DNA from: Antedon mediterranea
Taxonomy: Eukaryota > Animalia > Echinodermata
Length of the DNA stretch: 64,000 bases
Assembly (NCBI RefSeq): GCF_964355755.1
Contig: NC_092672.1
Span: 36,648,437 to 36,712,436, forward strand
Direction: 5' to 3'
Made by a program: the position numbers and the translations under genes. The notes below the pieces were generated by a model. It was not told the DNA's origin, searched no databases, and saw only the letters and a program-made list of their open reading frames with translations. Position 1 is the stretch's first letter. Each line of letters opens with the position of its first letter. Of this stretch, positions 38,101 to 53,889 are shown one piece after another.

Positions 38101-41100
38101 TATACAGTTTAATAAAAGTAAATCATTTTAAAAGTGTTAATAATATGATAGTTTCGTAAATCTGCAAATAAATAATATAACCGTTTAGTGTTGAGAGAGT
38201 TGAAACTCAGTGCAGCAGTTAGGAGATCATACAGCGGGCAAAATGAGAGAAGCGGCCTACGTATATATTGTTGGTATAACATGTTGGTCTTAAGAAAAGT
38301 CGTAAGCTTGGTTCCCACTAGAGACGCAACGTAACGCAACCAGTGCAACGGAAGAAAATGTCCTTCTAATAATTGTGTTTGTCAAACCTGTATTATTTGC
38401 AGCACAATTGCTTGATACCTCTTTACGTGCCCAATGCTTTTCAATTAAACAAATCAGATCTTTTAATAATATAGGCTATTCATTATACAAACCTTCTAAA
38501 GATCGGAACAATAAACGGATGGTTATCTCGAATTGAACAATTTAGATTGAATCAATTTCCAATCAACTTTATGTATAGGAATACAATTAAAATTAGACGG
38601 GTATAATAACAACATACAGTGACTAGTATACTTCATAGCGTGAATATTCAGCCGATCTCGGTACTGCATCTATTTCTGAAGTATCATACGAATATTTGGT
38701 AATACAACATCACATGTGTTTCACACGTATTTAATAGTAACCGAATTATTAACCTAACCTTACATGATACATGCACCACGTGTGATGCTGTATTACCAAT
38801 TATTCCTATGATACCTCGGAAATAGATAGTATATGTGGAGATAATCACTGGGAATCGAGGGTGGAATATTGGGGACAATCGCTTTTGTCCGTGTTCATTT
38901 GTGTTGGGGGAGGGGGTAACTAGCATGTGACGCGCCTTTTCTTAAGTTGATATTAAGGATAAAACTTAGTTACTGACTGGTAAAAATTGAAAATTAGTGA
39001 AACCGGGTTACTTGGCGATTCTCTGCAAATCAAAAGCTAAATCCGCTTCAGCAGATATCGAACGAACGATGCGGCTACTCCTAGCGTGATCGACAGCATC
39101 TTATCGATTCGTGTAAAATTAACACCTCGTCTCCAGCCTCGGGCGTTGATTACTAGCTTAACTAAACGGCCTGATTCAACTTGAGCGATATTTGATTCTC
39201 ACATTCTCGTTGTGTGAGCATTTACTGTCGCATTTTAAACTTGTTTTCTCTTATTAACAATCGATACGATAAAGATAGTAGAAATATTGCTACTAAATGC
39301 AGATTCCTTTGGTTAAAATGCATGCACTTAGTAGCTAGGCCGCCCTTTGCTGACCGCGTTGTCGACGGCGGAAATATTAGCCTGGTTAATGGAAGGATCC
39401 TGAGGGTAAATGGTGTGATTGTAAACGGTCTGATCATATAGTGTTGATTGCCGTCGGCTTAGGTCAGTTTACAAAAAACGTTGTCCGTGTTTAATGTCAA
39501 GATGATTATGGATAATTAAGATTGTTTTAACGTTTATTATTCATTTAAAATTCTATTGGGTTAAATATCTTTAAGAGATGACAGACCTTTTTGACGAAAC
39601 ACAAATATATTCAAATTGATTAATATTGTTTGTTTTGCCATTTGTCGGTAGTGTTTCTTTGTATCTAAAGACAATTTTTCTATTTAGGCCTTTTTCTGTA
39701 TTTGAACACAGTAAATATTGATTTAATTTGGAACCGAACGTAATGACAGTACACAACGTGCTGGTTTCCTGTCGACGTAAGATCAAGAATTTTAAACGTT
39801 TCTAATGTTTCGTACGATTATCACGTCTCTTATGCAAAGTTGAAACAAATATGACGTCAATGACGTTTTTCAAGTTCGTGTCGGTCCGAACGAAAACTGC
39901 TGTAGATATGCCGCGCCCGAAAATTAACATTTTGAGTTTGAAATTCACGACGCACGTTTACGACGATGATTTTAGTGTTGTTACGTGTAATATATACCGT
40001 AGTAGCCAACATAATGCGTGCTTTGAGAGAAGATGACGTATTGACATCCTTGAAGAACATACATGCGTTTTAACATCTTCCTTTTTCCAAGTCCATTAAT
40101 ACTAAAATTTCACCCGTCTTATAATCAGCACTTTGGTGTTTACACTTGGCTTTACACTAACACTATTAGTGCCGTCATTTACATGTGTATGCCCGGTGGA
40201 AAGATTCCTAACAACCAATAAAAATTAACAACGAGAAACGATAACAATGTGTCGATGTTAATCCAACACATCAATCGGTTAAAAACTTAGGCCGAGTGAC
40301 CAACGTATATTCCATATACAACTTCACTGATCAGTAAATTAGCTTTCGACACCTTAAAAGTGCTATTGCAATGTTATATCCACTGGTTATTAACATTGTC
40401 GATATTAATTTGTTTTAATTTACTTAATATTATAAACGTGGTTTGTATAGCAATCTAAAGTTGACGATAATTTTCTTCATCTGGGAATTAATGTCATTGG
40501 ATTTAGCCGTTCATTTAATTTACACGGCCGCCGTGACCGGACAGGTGCCCTTTTCCCAAGAAACGTTTTAGTTTTCACTCAGATTTGAACGTTTTAAAGA
40601 ATAAAACATAACTTTAGTTTGCATTTTTTTTTAAATCATATAATATATAATATATATTGTTTTTACGAGTATAAATAATGAATTCAAAATAATGGATAAT
40701 ATTTCCAAAAATTGAAATCAACCACTATGACGCAGTTACGTACGCGAAACTTACGTACGCGTAGGTTGACGAATCACGAACGAAAGCCTAACGTATTAAT
40801 GTTTCTGCGCTTAAGCTCTGTCTATACACTATCAAACTTTATGTAACAAAAAAATGTGATGTGCCCATATATATACATGATCACTTTATGTCACAGAAAG
40901 TTTGATAGTGTAGACAAGGCTTAAGAATTACAATAATAAAAGCTAAGTATTTTGTTGAAAGTGTTCCGGAATCTTGAAGTTGAAGTTGAAGCACCTCTAA
41001 CCCCTTCAACACGAATACCAGTAAAATTCACACCATATTCAATACATATTGATTTCTATATTTCTGAGTATTTTTCTTTCAATTATGATTTCTAGGAAAC

Positions 41101-41917
41101 CTACACATCGAGCGATGATCGATAATCATACGGTTAGTGGGAGTATGATTAAGAACCATGACTAAGGTTTAAGGCTCTACTACACTATCAAACTAGTTTG
41201 ACAAAAAAAAAGTGTGTTGTGCCTAAATATGGTAGTGAAATGACGTCATCATGTTCATATATGGGTGCACATAGGTTTAAGGTAACTACAACTGAATTAC
41301 GCGTTTGTTGCGTCACACTATACGTTCACAGAGTGCGACGATCACGGCGTAACACGGAGGGAGGCACATGCACTTTCGTAAATCTGCTAACCCTTCGCAC
41401 TAAAGATTGGTTTCCACTATAGGACGCAACTCACGTACGTAAGCGGAACGCAAGTGATTTTACCGAGCGAATTTGTTCGCCGGAACCGGAGGAGTTACTT
41501 ATGTGCATTTAATATACTTAATCACTTTTTACAACGCGAACATTTCTCAATCAGTCAAACTTAAAGCAAAGAATATTTAATTCGTGAGAAGTGGAAAATA
41601 GATTTAAATTATTTACTCATCCTCTCACATTTTCGTACATTAACTACCTAAGTGGCACTCTATGTCCATAAGGGTTTCATGAACTTTAACTTACAGTTAA
41701 GATTCACTAAACCCAGTTAACACTACGTTATACGTATTCATCCTACATCATTTGGCCGCAGTTACTTTAGCATTTAGCTTAATGTCAAGTTTTGTTTTAG
41801 CATTTATATTAAATTCGGGCAAAGTGTAAAACGATCTGACTAGGCACACATTTAGAGTACTGTGACATTAACAATTCTAGCTAGTTATGTACATTACAAA
41901 TACATCATCCTACGGTA

Positions 41918-42076
41918 AGCTCTGTCTACACTATCAATTTGACAAAAATAAGGGTGATGTGGCCAAATATGGTAGTGATATGGCAAAATACGGTAGTGAT
42001 ATGACATTATCAGGTCCATATATGGCCACATCACAGTTTTTTTTGTCACATAAAGTTTGATAGTGTAGACAGAGTT
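41918..42076. mobile_element. MITE family A
   Basis: TIRs and two internal 21-bp units. Confidence 0.85.
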
Positions 42077-42789
42077 TTAGCTAGCTATACAATTGATGTA
42101 ATGTTTTACTACTATTTATACTAGCAGTAGTATATACATATATGTTAAGAAGAATCTAAACTAGAAGAAAATGAATAAACAAAAACCACTGTTGTGTGCG
42201 TAAATTTTACGAAATAATACATTAAAAAAATGGAATCGGCCTAATGAAATAACAAACTCTTGCCGCGGGTCCAATTATGGAAAAAATAAAGAGAATTCTG
42301 AATTATCATCGTAAAAATGAACAAATGCAATGTTTTTATATTGCTTGAATGATTATTGTTTTGTATTTTATTGGTCGATCCAAGTGGCCGTGATAGCTGG
42401 ATGGTATATCCAACTCCGACCTATATACGGCAGATGAGTCGCTTATATACTTCATCACTATTATCACTTATCACTAATTCGTTTAGAATAATGATAATTG
42501 TCTAGTAATTTAAAAGTAATTTTGAGTGTCTATAGGCTTCAATATTATGTACAAAACGTGGCGTCATTATAGAGTTACGGATCCGAAAAGATTATTACGT
42601 GGATAGTTTGAACGTGCATGTTGGTGTAAAAATTATCAGACTACGTCCGTGCGTTTAAACTACGCTTTGGATTGAATGAGATTGTTTTCACACTATATCG
42701 TCAGTGTGACCGAGGCGACACGAGTGAACGCGCGCCTATAAAGCCATGCTATTCCATCAACTTTTGAACGCGTGCGTAAGTGTTTCTAA

Positions 42790-42868
42790 AGCGTGGTTCC
42801 CACTAACGACGCAACACAAGGACGTAACGCAACGTAAGTTACGTTGCGTTGCTAGTGGGACCCACGCT
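42790..42868. mobile_element. Internally deleted mini MITE B, 79 bp
   Basis: AGCGTGGTTCCCACTA...TAGTGGGACCCACGCT with TAA and TTA flanks. Confidence 0.85.
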
Positions 42869-43720
42869 TTAATAAGTTCGATTCAGACGTGAGACCATCC
42901 GTTAAGTGCGGCGTGTCAATATAGTGTGAACAAATCATAAGTGTGGTGGTATCGGTGGATTATGTTTATAATTCCGGTACTACGTGACTTATCCGTGATA
43001 ATATTCCTTAAATGTTTAAAAGAATGATGTTTGTAAATTGACTATGAGCACGTCGACACGTGCGAAATCCCTCTCATTGATCGAATATCGTGTAAGGCAA
43101 ACTAAAGTTAAATCCTAAACAATCTGAGGTAATGTTCAACAAATTGGTTTTAAAAAGCAATCACAATAGGAAAATTTACCAATCCATTATCAATTACTTA
43201 CTAGAAAGTTTGATCAGGCGATTTGGGGCAATGATTGGCGTATATTGATAAAGATGAAAACGTTTGAATAGCAGAGAAATGCTGTCAGCCTAGCGGGAAA
43301 CATGTGTCGAGAGGGATGAAGTATCAGCGGCATGTTGGGGGTTAAATGTTCGGGGATGCAATAACGACCCCAGTTAAGCTATACGCACCTGTCATATTTC
43401 CAACAGCGGGATCTCAATTTTTAAAAATTCAATAATCATGTCCACCCAAATGATATCTAAATGAAAGATAACGTTACATTGAATTAACAACAATTACGAT
43501 GAGAAAATGAAACAAGCAAATGGAATGAGAAGGCTTTGCGTGGCTAGCACCGATTGTCGAAGAGGACCGCCATATTGTATTACATCACATTAACCAATCA
43601 AATCGTGCAAGCAAAACTTGTCGGTATTTAGGTTACGTGCATGATAGGCCTATAGCATGTTCAGTCATTATTATTGCACGGACAAACGGTACAAATACTG
43701 CTTAGTGAAATTTTGTTGAA

Positions 43721-43858
43721 TAAGGTTTATCGCAAATAGCTTTATTTCACGAGGAACGTCATTGTACAATGCATGATGGGAAGGGTACGTACGCGTTGTG
43801 ACGTTTGCTCCCAATCTTTCCCACCAAGCATCGAGCACGCTATTTGCGATAATCCTTA
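43721..43858. mobile_element. Small TIR element (MITE, separate family)
   Basis: TAAGGTTTATCGCAAATAGC ... GCTATTTGCGATAATCCTTA, a 20-bp inverted repeat with 1 mismatch. Confidence 0.7.
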
Positions 43859-45261
43859 TGGTTAAATATCAAATAATTGATTTTTATTAGTCTATATCTC
43901 ATAATTTACAAACTTATAAGTTTGGTAAAAATGATGTATGATATAAAAACGGAATAGTTCGCAAAGCAACGTCAATAATCTTGTTCAGACGTGGTATACG
44001 CGTCAACATCAAACAGAACGCGTCATATTCGTATTCTTATTATTATGCGTCATTTTATGCGAATACGTGCTTGGAAATGCTGTAAAAAGATTTTAACCTG
44101 AGCAAAGTAAATAGGGATATTAAGGAAATCCCTAGGTGTAATTTCATTTAATTTATTGTAATGTTATTAATGTATAAGTGTTACTTATACTTAGGTAAAG
44201 GTGACAATCCTGAGGTCATTGTCTTGCGGAATAATTGTAACTCTTTCAAGTCAAACGAACATATAATGGTATTGACAAGAATTGTTGTTGTAAGTAAATA
44301 TAATGTCCCCTGTCTCTCCCAACATGTGTAAACCTTTTAGACACCGACGACAAGGGAACGAGAGAGAATGAAAGATGGCTGAGAGGATTAGTATTAAGTA
44401 TAATCTTAATTGATTGAGCACATCATAATCATGCTTATAGTCGATATAAATGGTCGATATCAGGACTAAGGGCTAATACACTAAAGTTCCACAAAATTCG
44501 ACAAAAAAAGAAAACTATTTTTAGGTCAGCACATAAGGTGGCCTACGCCTATTTGTATTGCCTAAAAAACATCAGAATTTAAGCTGATAAACCAATAAAA
44601 TACTTTTATTGAAACCTTTGAATCAGATGAATTATACAATAAATATATTATTATACTAAAATTAAAATATATCATATTCATCAAAAATATCGAATGAAAC
44701 AAAACGGACAACTTTAGGCCTACATCAAAGACAAAAACAAAAGTCAGGGGAAACTACGGCCGTGCAAGGATACTATGCCTACCACTGCCGACCAATGTTT
44801 ACAATGACATTTTTTTATCGTTCCATTTCATTTATTTATTCGACCAATAAACATTAAAATAATACAGAACAGAGGGGTCACGGGGGTGACTAAAGCAAAA
44901 AATTACTATAACTCAACCGTTTTTAGTTTTGGAATGCAAAATTCTTTAACCATACACCCACCAGTGACTTTTTATTCATCAATTCGATAAAAGAAGAAAG
45001 CAACTATTTTTTTGGTCAGCATAGGTGCAAAACCAAGGATAGCTCATACAGTTGAACAAAATAAACTTAATTGAACTGGGGTCCTTAAATTCCAATGGGG
45101 TCCTCGGACACCCTAATCAGTATTTTGCTTTTTGTAATGTGTTAATTGTCGAAAGAAACATCTGTCTGCACGGATATAGGTTATGTATTAATCATAATGA
45201 CATTGTTGACGCTAAAGACCATTTCACACCGGGTTACTGTTGAGAGTTTGTGCCTCTATAA

Positions 45262-45625
45262 TATTTAGGAATGATAGAAATGAACAACAACAAAATCAAC
45301 AACAAGCGATGATGTCCTACAGGACGTGTGTTCATCACTCATCAATAACTATGTGATGGTTTGTCTTCATATGAGGGCAATTGGAAATATTAAACAGCAA
45401 ATTAGTAATTATTAATCTCATATTACGGTTCAAGCTAAGCTTTATTTAGGAATGATAGAAATGAACAACAACAAAATCAACAACAAGCGATGATGTCCTA
45501 TACAGGACGTGTGTTCATCACTCATCAATAACTATGTGATGGTTTGTCTTCATATGAGGGCAATTGGAAATATTAAACAGCAGATTAGTAATTATTAATC
45601 TCATATTACGGTTCAAGCTAAGCTT
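45262..45625. repeat. Recent 181-bp tandem duplication
   Basis: Copies at 45262-45442 and 45443-45625 differ by a TA insertion and one A/G change. Confidence 0.95.
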
Positions 45626-46941
45626 TCTTTAACCAGTAGATTGGAAGTAAACACAACGGCATATAATTTGAATATAATAATAGTACGAAAAATCTGGTAA
45701 CATGAACGGTACTGGTTGACACATGCGCAGTACATGTGTTACAATGACGTAACTACTAACTGATGACGAAATAATTATAAAGATGAAAACTGTCCATGTT
45801 TGTTGAACATATAATAATTTTAAAATAATAATATTTTATGATAATAGTTTAACAGTAAAGTCTACAGTCAGACAGACAGTAATACAGTCCGATAGTGTTA
45901 TATGTAATTATATATACATAGACTGGTCAATCTTTTGGAAGAGTATGTTTCCCTGCGTGGTCACGTGCATTGGGTTGATTATGTATCGTTTACCGGCACA
46001 CGTGACGACTGTCCCCCTCCTGTGAGGATAGTGATGGGTGTTGATAAGTACACCATTCCTACGATGGTTAATTACGCAATGTGTGTGCAATTGTCGAAGC
46101 TTGTTGACACCTCGATGGAGAGATTGAAACAGAAGTCGGCACCAATTACGGACGAATTAACACCGCGCGGGATGCTAACGCGGAGGTTATTTTACCTGCA
46201 GCCTCTAACCATAATTTTACTGATCCTTAGGGTTATAAGTTGAATATACGTGTAGACACTAGAAGGGACATAATAAGATCAACAATGATATAATACATCT
46301 GTATGAAGGGTACTTGTGACATTAGTAGATCACGTATAGTTCAAAATATGATACACTAGTTCCTTTAGGGCCTAATTATGATAGGCCTATGCATCATTAT
46401 CATAAAGAGTATTCCTTATAAAACAATATTTGGTGTGCAATTTGCGTATCAAGAGATAACTTATTATCCAGAATCGTAGGCCTGATAAAATGTACTAAAC
46501 TAGGCCTACAAAGGTAGCAATGAAAGAAAGTAGAGAAGGCCTATTGGGAATGGCGAAAATAGAGTGTTAACTTCAGAATATTGCTAGATAGGATAAGGTA
46601 AAATATTGATGAATAAACACATCAGAAAGGTCTATCTTACAAAATACGACATTCATAATCATATTGAACCCACACAATAGAGGATGGGGTTAGAATTTGG
46701 TCAACATGAGTACCTATTTGATACGAGACAGAAAGACAGCTACAAATACATGAGAAGGAACCTCTCGTTTGGGACACATCTATTCAGGGGACACTTTGCA
46801 GTAAAATGAACGAGATGAAATATGAGTTTTAACACACGGCAAATCCTTGTTCAGGTGAAGACACCGTATTAAGGGGACATTTTGTTGGGTCTTTCACTGT
46901 ACTAATCCATTGTCAACAGGAAGATAATCTTGGTTTAGTAA

Positions 46942-47123
46942 AGCTCTGTCTCTACACTATCAAACTTTATGTGACAACAAATTTGATGTGCCCATTTATG
47001 GACATGATGATGTCATATCACTACCACATTTGGGTATATCACTACCATATTTGGGCATATCACTACCATATTTGGGCATATCACTACCATATTTGGGCAA
47101 CTAGTTTGATAGTGTAGACAGAG
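46942..47123. mobile_element. MITE family A with four internal 21-bp units
   Basis: TIRs plus (TATCACTACCATATTTGGGCA)x4. Confidence 0.9.
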
Positions 47124-50085
47124 ACAAAACAGTTTTAGATCTATATTCCTTTTATTCAATTTAAAAATCAGTTTACGAACGCGTTCCTTTTGAAACAAGT
47201 CAATCCTATTGAAGCTATGAACACACTCTCAGATTATATATTACATCAAGGTATATGAATAATTACATGTAGGTTGATGCAAACATTATAGCCGATGGCG
47301 CAAGAATTAATTTTCAACGAAATCAAGACTGTTTGGTGTCGATGACATAATCAGGCTTCGGTACCACAGGTGTGCGGTTCGCTGTCGATCTGTATTTACA
47401 TGTTTTACTTAGGCTGACTTAGGCTACGATCAGTTCCATTGAGTGAGTGTATCATGCTTAAGAAATCTTATCTTCAGATCAATTAAAAGATTCCACCATA
47501 TTTGTTGATGATAAGTTGATGTGCGCACAGGTGGAATTGTTTTCTTTAATGATTGCAACCACAAAGTATCTTAGCGTAGGTAAACACTCACCCTGTTCAT
47601 ACCGAAATCCACGGGTTTCGTCACGACTTTGTACGTGTACCGTATGATACAATTGCACTTTCGCTTTTCGAACACATTCACTAAAGCTCTGTCCACACTA
47701 TCAAACTTTGTGACAAAAATGTGATGTGCCCATATACGGACACGATGATGTCATAAAACTACCATATTTGGGCATATCACACTTTTTTCAATTAAATTTA
47801 AGTTCTAATATATTGCGCAATAATACCAAATTAATTACATTCAAACTTTACACAATGTATTTATGTTTTAAAAGTTACAGAGAACAGTAGACGAAACAAT
47901 TCAGAAAGCGTAAAGATTACCGTAATAATTGTTGAATAAAATAAAGAGTCAACACGCGCTCATATCGCGTTAAAAATCGCGTACGTGTGATATTTGAGGG
48001 AAAGTGTCCCTCTTCAAGCAGCCCGAACCCAATATGGGAATTTCAGAACCTATAATTTTTGTAGGTTATACGTATAAAGCTCTGCTTAGCTACACTATCA
48101 AGCTAGTTTGACAAAAAAAAGTGTGATGTGATATGCCCAAATATGGTAGTGATATGACATCATCATGTCTATATATGGGCACATCACATGTGGTGGTCAC
48201 ATAAAGTGGACTGGGCTTAAAACACCAAGAAATCCAACATAGGTTCGCCTCAACTCATATGTTTTATCCTATAGCCTATTCGTGAATTCCAAACATTACG
48301 TATGGGCAAATTAGGAACGTGGTCTAGTTTAGTCATCATCGTAAAATATGACGATGTCAAAAGAGATATGAAGATGTCAGAAAAATATGACAACGTTGGA
48401 AAAAAACTGTCAAATATATACGAAACTGTCAAAGATATGACAACGTCAGCAGATATGAAATGTCAGAAAGAAGGATGTCAAATAAAGTTTATTATAATGA
48501 TGATGGCAGTATCGGAAGCAGAAATATATGAAAAACAAAATAAAAGAGATTTATCTTAATACAGCGACCATCCTCGGGACCGGGTACATCACACTTTTTT
48601 TGGTCAAACTTGTTTGATAGTGCAGACAGAGCTTTACAATGTTAGAAAGAAAAATGGTGGCAGCAGGCCTATCGGAAGAAGAAATATATGAAAAAAACAA
48701 AAACAAATCGAGATTTATCTTATTAAAAATAAAAATTTACATTGACTTACCTTAACACAATGGTCAGGGAAGGTTCATGACGCTATTATCTTTATTTGAA
48801 GTACTATAATGGCAGGCAGAGGATAAATATCTTTAAAACTGAGAAACAAAATGTAACTGCTGTTATTTACACTTTTATAAAAGGTACGTCTACAACTGTG
48901 TCCAATTTAGCGAGGTTGAGGCTAAATTCTAATATAACATTTCGCTCACATTTATTGTATATCAATTATTGTTTATAATATTCAATGTATAATCTCGGTT
49001 TCATTATTGATAAACTTTATTTTCTAATGTTTAGTATTTACGATGTATAGTTAAATTGTCTCAGATGATGTAGTGTTATTGGTTTAACAAAATTAAAAGC
49101 AACTTTAATTTTTAACAGCCAAAATAAATAATAATGAAGCGTGTGGGTATTTGGTGCCACCACTTGACCACTGTACGCAGCTGTTGAGTAAAGAAGTCAT
49201 TTTACGCACGCACGCTCACATGCCCTATCGCTTCACTCAAAACTCGTTTTAACAACGTCACATTTCCTGGGAAATATTTGTTGCTATCTCTCTAAAATTA
49301 TTTATAAGCGGTTTATCCGTATGGCCCAATAATTATTACTGTGACGAAGGCGACATTAGTGAACATTATGAATTGCAAATAAAAATATAACAAATCAAAA
49401 TACATATGGTTTAGATATCTGATGGTAAATCAACAAATTGAAAATATTTAATAAGAACAAAGGCGTAGGAAAAGCGGTGCCAACATATATAACAGACTAC
49501 GGAAACCCGACACGGCTTCGTGTGAACGTACGCTTCGGATTGTATTCGAATGCGATCATCTTGGCGCCAACGTCGCCAAAATCATAACATTTCTCATTAT
49601 CCAACGTGCATCGTTTTCACACCATCCCTGCTGGCGGTTACAATAGACAATAACACAGAAGTTAGGGAATATTGACTTTCATATCATATCTTTGAATGAA
49701 GTACTTTGTTTATATAAATAAATCGATTATAATTGTGCCATGATATGAGGACGAGTAATCGATAAATCGATAATCGATAAATGACTAGTATTATGTATTT
49801 GTTAAGTTATTAATGTTGAGCACAATAAATTGTATCGTGTATTTGATGTTTATTGAACAATATTTATATTGTACTATATAGTAGTACAAAGGGTCCAGGG
49901 GTGACCAGTCTGATTTCGACGGATTTGACCTGTTTAAATATTGAGAATAAATAATAATAATAATAATAAAGTTGATCACACTTGTTCTGTTTTACATAAC
50001 ATAACGGCGCCATTTTCTATTATTTAAAAAACGACACAACAAGAGTGAATGTAGTTCCACTGCTGTTGAATTGCTAGTATAACGA

Positions 50086-50172
50086 TCTCCTCTCATCCTT
50101 CTCCCCTCCCTCTCTCCTTCCCTCCCTCTCTCATCCAGTCTCCCTCTCCCTCTTCTCCCCTATCTCTCCCCA
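50086..50172. repeat. CT-rich polypyrimidine low-complexity tract
   Basis: Almost pure C/T on the plus strand. Confidence 0.85.
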
Positions 50173-53100
50173 CCTATTGTGTCATAATTCATTTAACAAA
50201 ATGGTGAATGCGATCTAAAAAAAAAAATTAATATTAAATTTCCAATTATTTTTTACAAAAAACATTTTAACAATAATTCAGTAGATAAAATGAAATTATG
50301 TGTTTGATAGGATTAGTTTGGATTAATTTCAACATATTTATTTGATACAATCTATTTAAATTTTGTTCAGAAATATTTGACAACTTACAATCTTCAATAA
50401 TAATAATTCCTCGTGCAATTTCTATGATGTTATTTGCAGCAACACTATACTGGGTAATAAATGACATCATCCTATATATAGAACGCGAAGATAGAACGCA
50501 TTTAAAAGGTACATTAAAATAGTCATTAAGATACGATATTGCAATCATTTCCAAGAAAATCTTGTTCCAAGTCGAAAACAACATTCAGAAAACAAGGAAT
50601 TACCTAATTTTGCGAAGTTGAAAAATGAGGTTTGTACACGGTTTTACAATTAGCCCAGTTAAGCTAAAATTTAATTTTATTGGATTTGAAATATCATTAC
50701 AATTTTTTCCACCTTCGTCGCGTGTTTTTTTTTTCTATCTACTTCAGTTAGTTCAAACTACCGAGAAATTAATAATTTTGGGAACAATGCGGAAATGAAA
50801 TCGGTAAATCATTTTAGTTGTTTATTACCCAGTTATTGTAATACATATTAATCGTGTTCTATTTATAAACAATTAATGATAATGACTATTTTGATTTTTG
50901 ATTTCTTAAACCCGAGCAATTAATATGACGTCTTCATTACGTCAGAAGAAGTTTAAAATAGCCAAAAATCTTGTGAAAAAAAATGAAAAGATCAATCAAA
51001 CATTGAAATCGATGTCAATTATTACCAGAACGTATAGTTATTATTAAAAACAAAATATGTGATGATTGACGAATTAAAATTATTTTCGCTCACTGAGGAA
51101 TAATTTACTAAATCTTAAGAAATAGTCCATTTATGTTATCTACGGAAAATGAGCGTTATATGTCCATATGACTACATCTTGGTTCCCACTAGGACGTAAC
51201 GTAACTTACGTTACGTTACGTCCTCGTGTGTCTCTAATAGGAACCAAGCATTTGGTTAAAAAACAATTAGTAGACCTGTTTAAGAAAATTATGCAAACTC
51301 ATAACTTCTAAAATAGAAAAGAGCTTTGAATAAAAGAGTTTGAATTTTGGCATTTTCTGATGTAATGCAGACATTTTTTCTTCAAATTACAGATTTTTTT
51401 ATATCAATAATTACCGTAATTAATTAAATGATATATACGGTATATATACGGATGTAGATGCATGACATTTTCAATCTACATACAAATAATTAAAAAGACA
51501 GATTTTCATTACAGAATTTAAGAAATGACAACCGAAATAACTGTTTCTAAGAAAAATTATTAATTATTAATTAGAGCACAAAAGTACATCAGGATTGTAC
51601 ATTCAAAACATCCTTTAAATAAGAATGCGTTTACACTGGAAATTGACGATTAACAAGACTATTATTGGCCTTCTCATAGTTTGTCATATGATCACATTTT
51701 AGTCGCACTTGCATCGGGCGTGTAGACGCGGTATCAATCATGAGATGAATCGACATTCAACCTATAACTGCCGTACACAACGCCATGGACGGGCACACGT
51801 AGCGAGTGGCGTTGGAAAAGCTACTGCCTAGTTCACACGCAAATGGTAACATTATTTGCGTTGTTGTGCTCACGTTATTACGTCGCCTCCTATGTGGGAC
51901 CAAGCTTTATGCCTTACGTGTGACGTGCACGCGACGCAAGTGGCGTTGGCAATTCACTGCCTAGTTCACACGCAAAAGGTAAAATTGCGTTGCGCCTACG
52001 TCATTACGTTGCGTCCTATTGAGAACCAAGCTTTACGCCGTACGTGATGTGACCATAGCTGTTTCTATTATAAGTTCAGACCTCCAAATATACCTAAATT
52101 GGTTACAGAGATGACAAATATACCATCATGTATCATCTCTCATTGTGAGATAGTTATGTTTAATAAATATGCTGCGAGCCCGTAATAATGAATTATCATA
52201 AAACCACATGCTTAACCTATTCTAAGCACAGTACGTTCAAATCATCGATTCTTACTCTCTCAATGTTTACCTACACTGAAACTGGATAGCTTGCGGAATG
52301 TTCCCCCTGTCCACGCGCCGTCACGGGTGAATTCAGTACGGTCAATTTCTTGACTGTTATTACAGATGAAGGGATATGTTTTCAGGGCAATTTTACATGC
52401 AATGGTGTGTTGATTCATATCACAGAGAGATCCTTGACAAGATAAAAAGTATGTCATTGCACTAATTGAAGAAGAAATGTTTAATGTTGATGGGGGATGA
52501 CCCCTTCACGACCCGTATGTTGACATACCGTACGTATAAAGCTTGGTTCCAACTTGGAGGCAACGCGATGACGTCACAAGTAAGTTGAACAAGGATCGGA
52601 TTCATATCGCGTCGTGATTGGTCAAATTACTTGCGGCGCGCTTACGTACGTTCTTGCGTTAGGTCTAAGTGTGAACCAAACGAGCGAGTCGTTTGAAAGA
52701 GGCGGTGTGACTATGATTCCATTTTAGACGCTTCTAGTAGGTTTTGTTGCAGATTTGACATTTGATTTTTTTTTTATGATATTGTGTCATCTTTGGAAAC
52801 TATCCAACTGACAATAGATTCTAAATAGAAACGTTTGCTTGTTTATATAACCAATCTATTTTTAGTTTTAATAATCAACAACACACACCCGTGGCAATAT
52901 CATATTCCTATGCACACAACATACATATACATAAGAACTGACCTTCGTAACCCAGAAAAGTAGTCTCCGTGTCCCCGTGGAATTGTAGTGTAGCAATTTT
53001 GAGCTGGGCAAATGTACGGTTCCTGACTCGCCAATCGATACAAAGAGTAAGTAAATAATTGGTAAATCAAAACGTATCGGAGATGTAAATATGACAGCGA

Positions 53101-53490
53101 ATCGACAGCTAATTGCCTTCGTCATAATTTAATTCGACTTTCGGCCTAAAATAATATGGTCAAATACTGAAACGTTGTTCGACATTATTATACCGGTACA
53201 TCATCAATAGACGCATTTCAGCCGCGCAATAAATGATTAATGTTAATTTGCATATATTTAAATGAGCGTTATTGACGTAGAACATCGTTTCCTATTAATA
53301 CAAAACAAAATACAGTAGTCAATTTTGCTTAAATTCCATATTCCATTTATCAAACGGTTCAAAGCTGTGTAATTAGTGTTTAATTTAAATTTTAAACAAA
53401 CCATGCTCTTTCATCTGGTACAATCAAGGTGGCGCTATACACATAGAGAAAGCTACTGTCTGCTGGATGTACAACGTAGGAACCCTCTAA

Positions 53491-53835
53491 AGCGTGGTTC
53501 TCACTATCGACGCAACACAAGGACGTAACGCAACGCAAGTGAATTGACCAATCACAAGCGATGGCTTATTCGCTTATGATTGCTAACTGTCTATAACTTC
53601 TCTTGTCATTGGTTAAAACGCTTGCGTTGCGTTTACGTCCTTGCGCAACGTTCTAGTGGGAACCAAGCTTAAAGCTCTGTCTACATTATCAAACTAGTTT
53701 AACAAACAAAATGTGATGTACCCAAATACGGTAGTGATATGCTTAAATATGATAATGATATGACAGCATCATGTCCATATATGGGCACATTATATTTTTT
53801 TGTCACATAAAGTTTGATAATGTAGACACAGAGCT
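53491..53835. mobile_element. MITE B (53491-53669) abutting MITE A (53673-53835)
   Basis: TAA-[B]-TAA-[A]-TTA arrangement. Confidence 0.9.
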
Positions 53836-53889
53836 TTAGAAATGTCAGGTCTTTTTACTCTATAATAATCTTTATTGTCTTTCTTTCTT

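Noticed and set aside
47013-47198. ORFs with repeated CPNMVVI (also 59036-59221)
   Set aside because: Translation of the MITE A internal 21-bp repeat.
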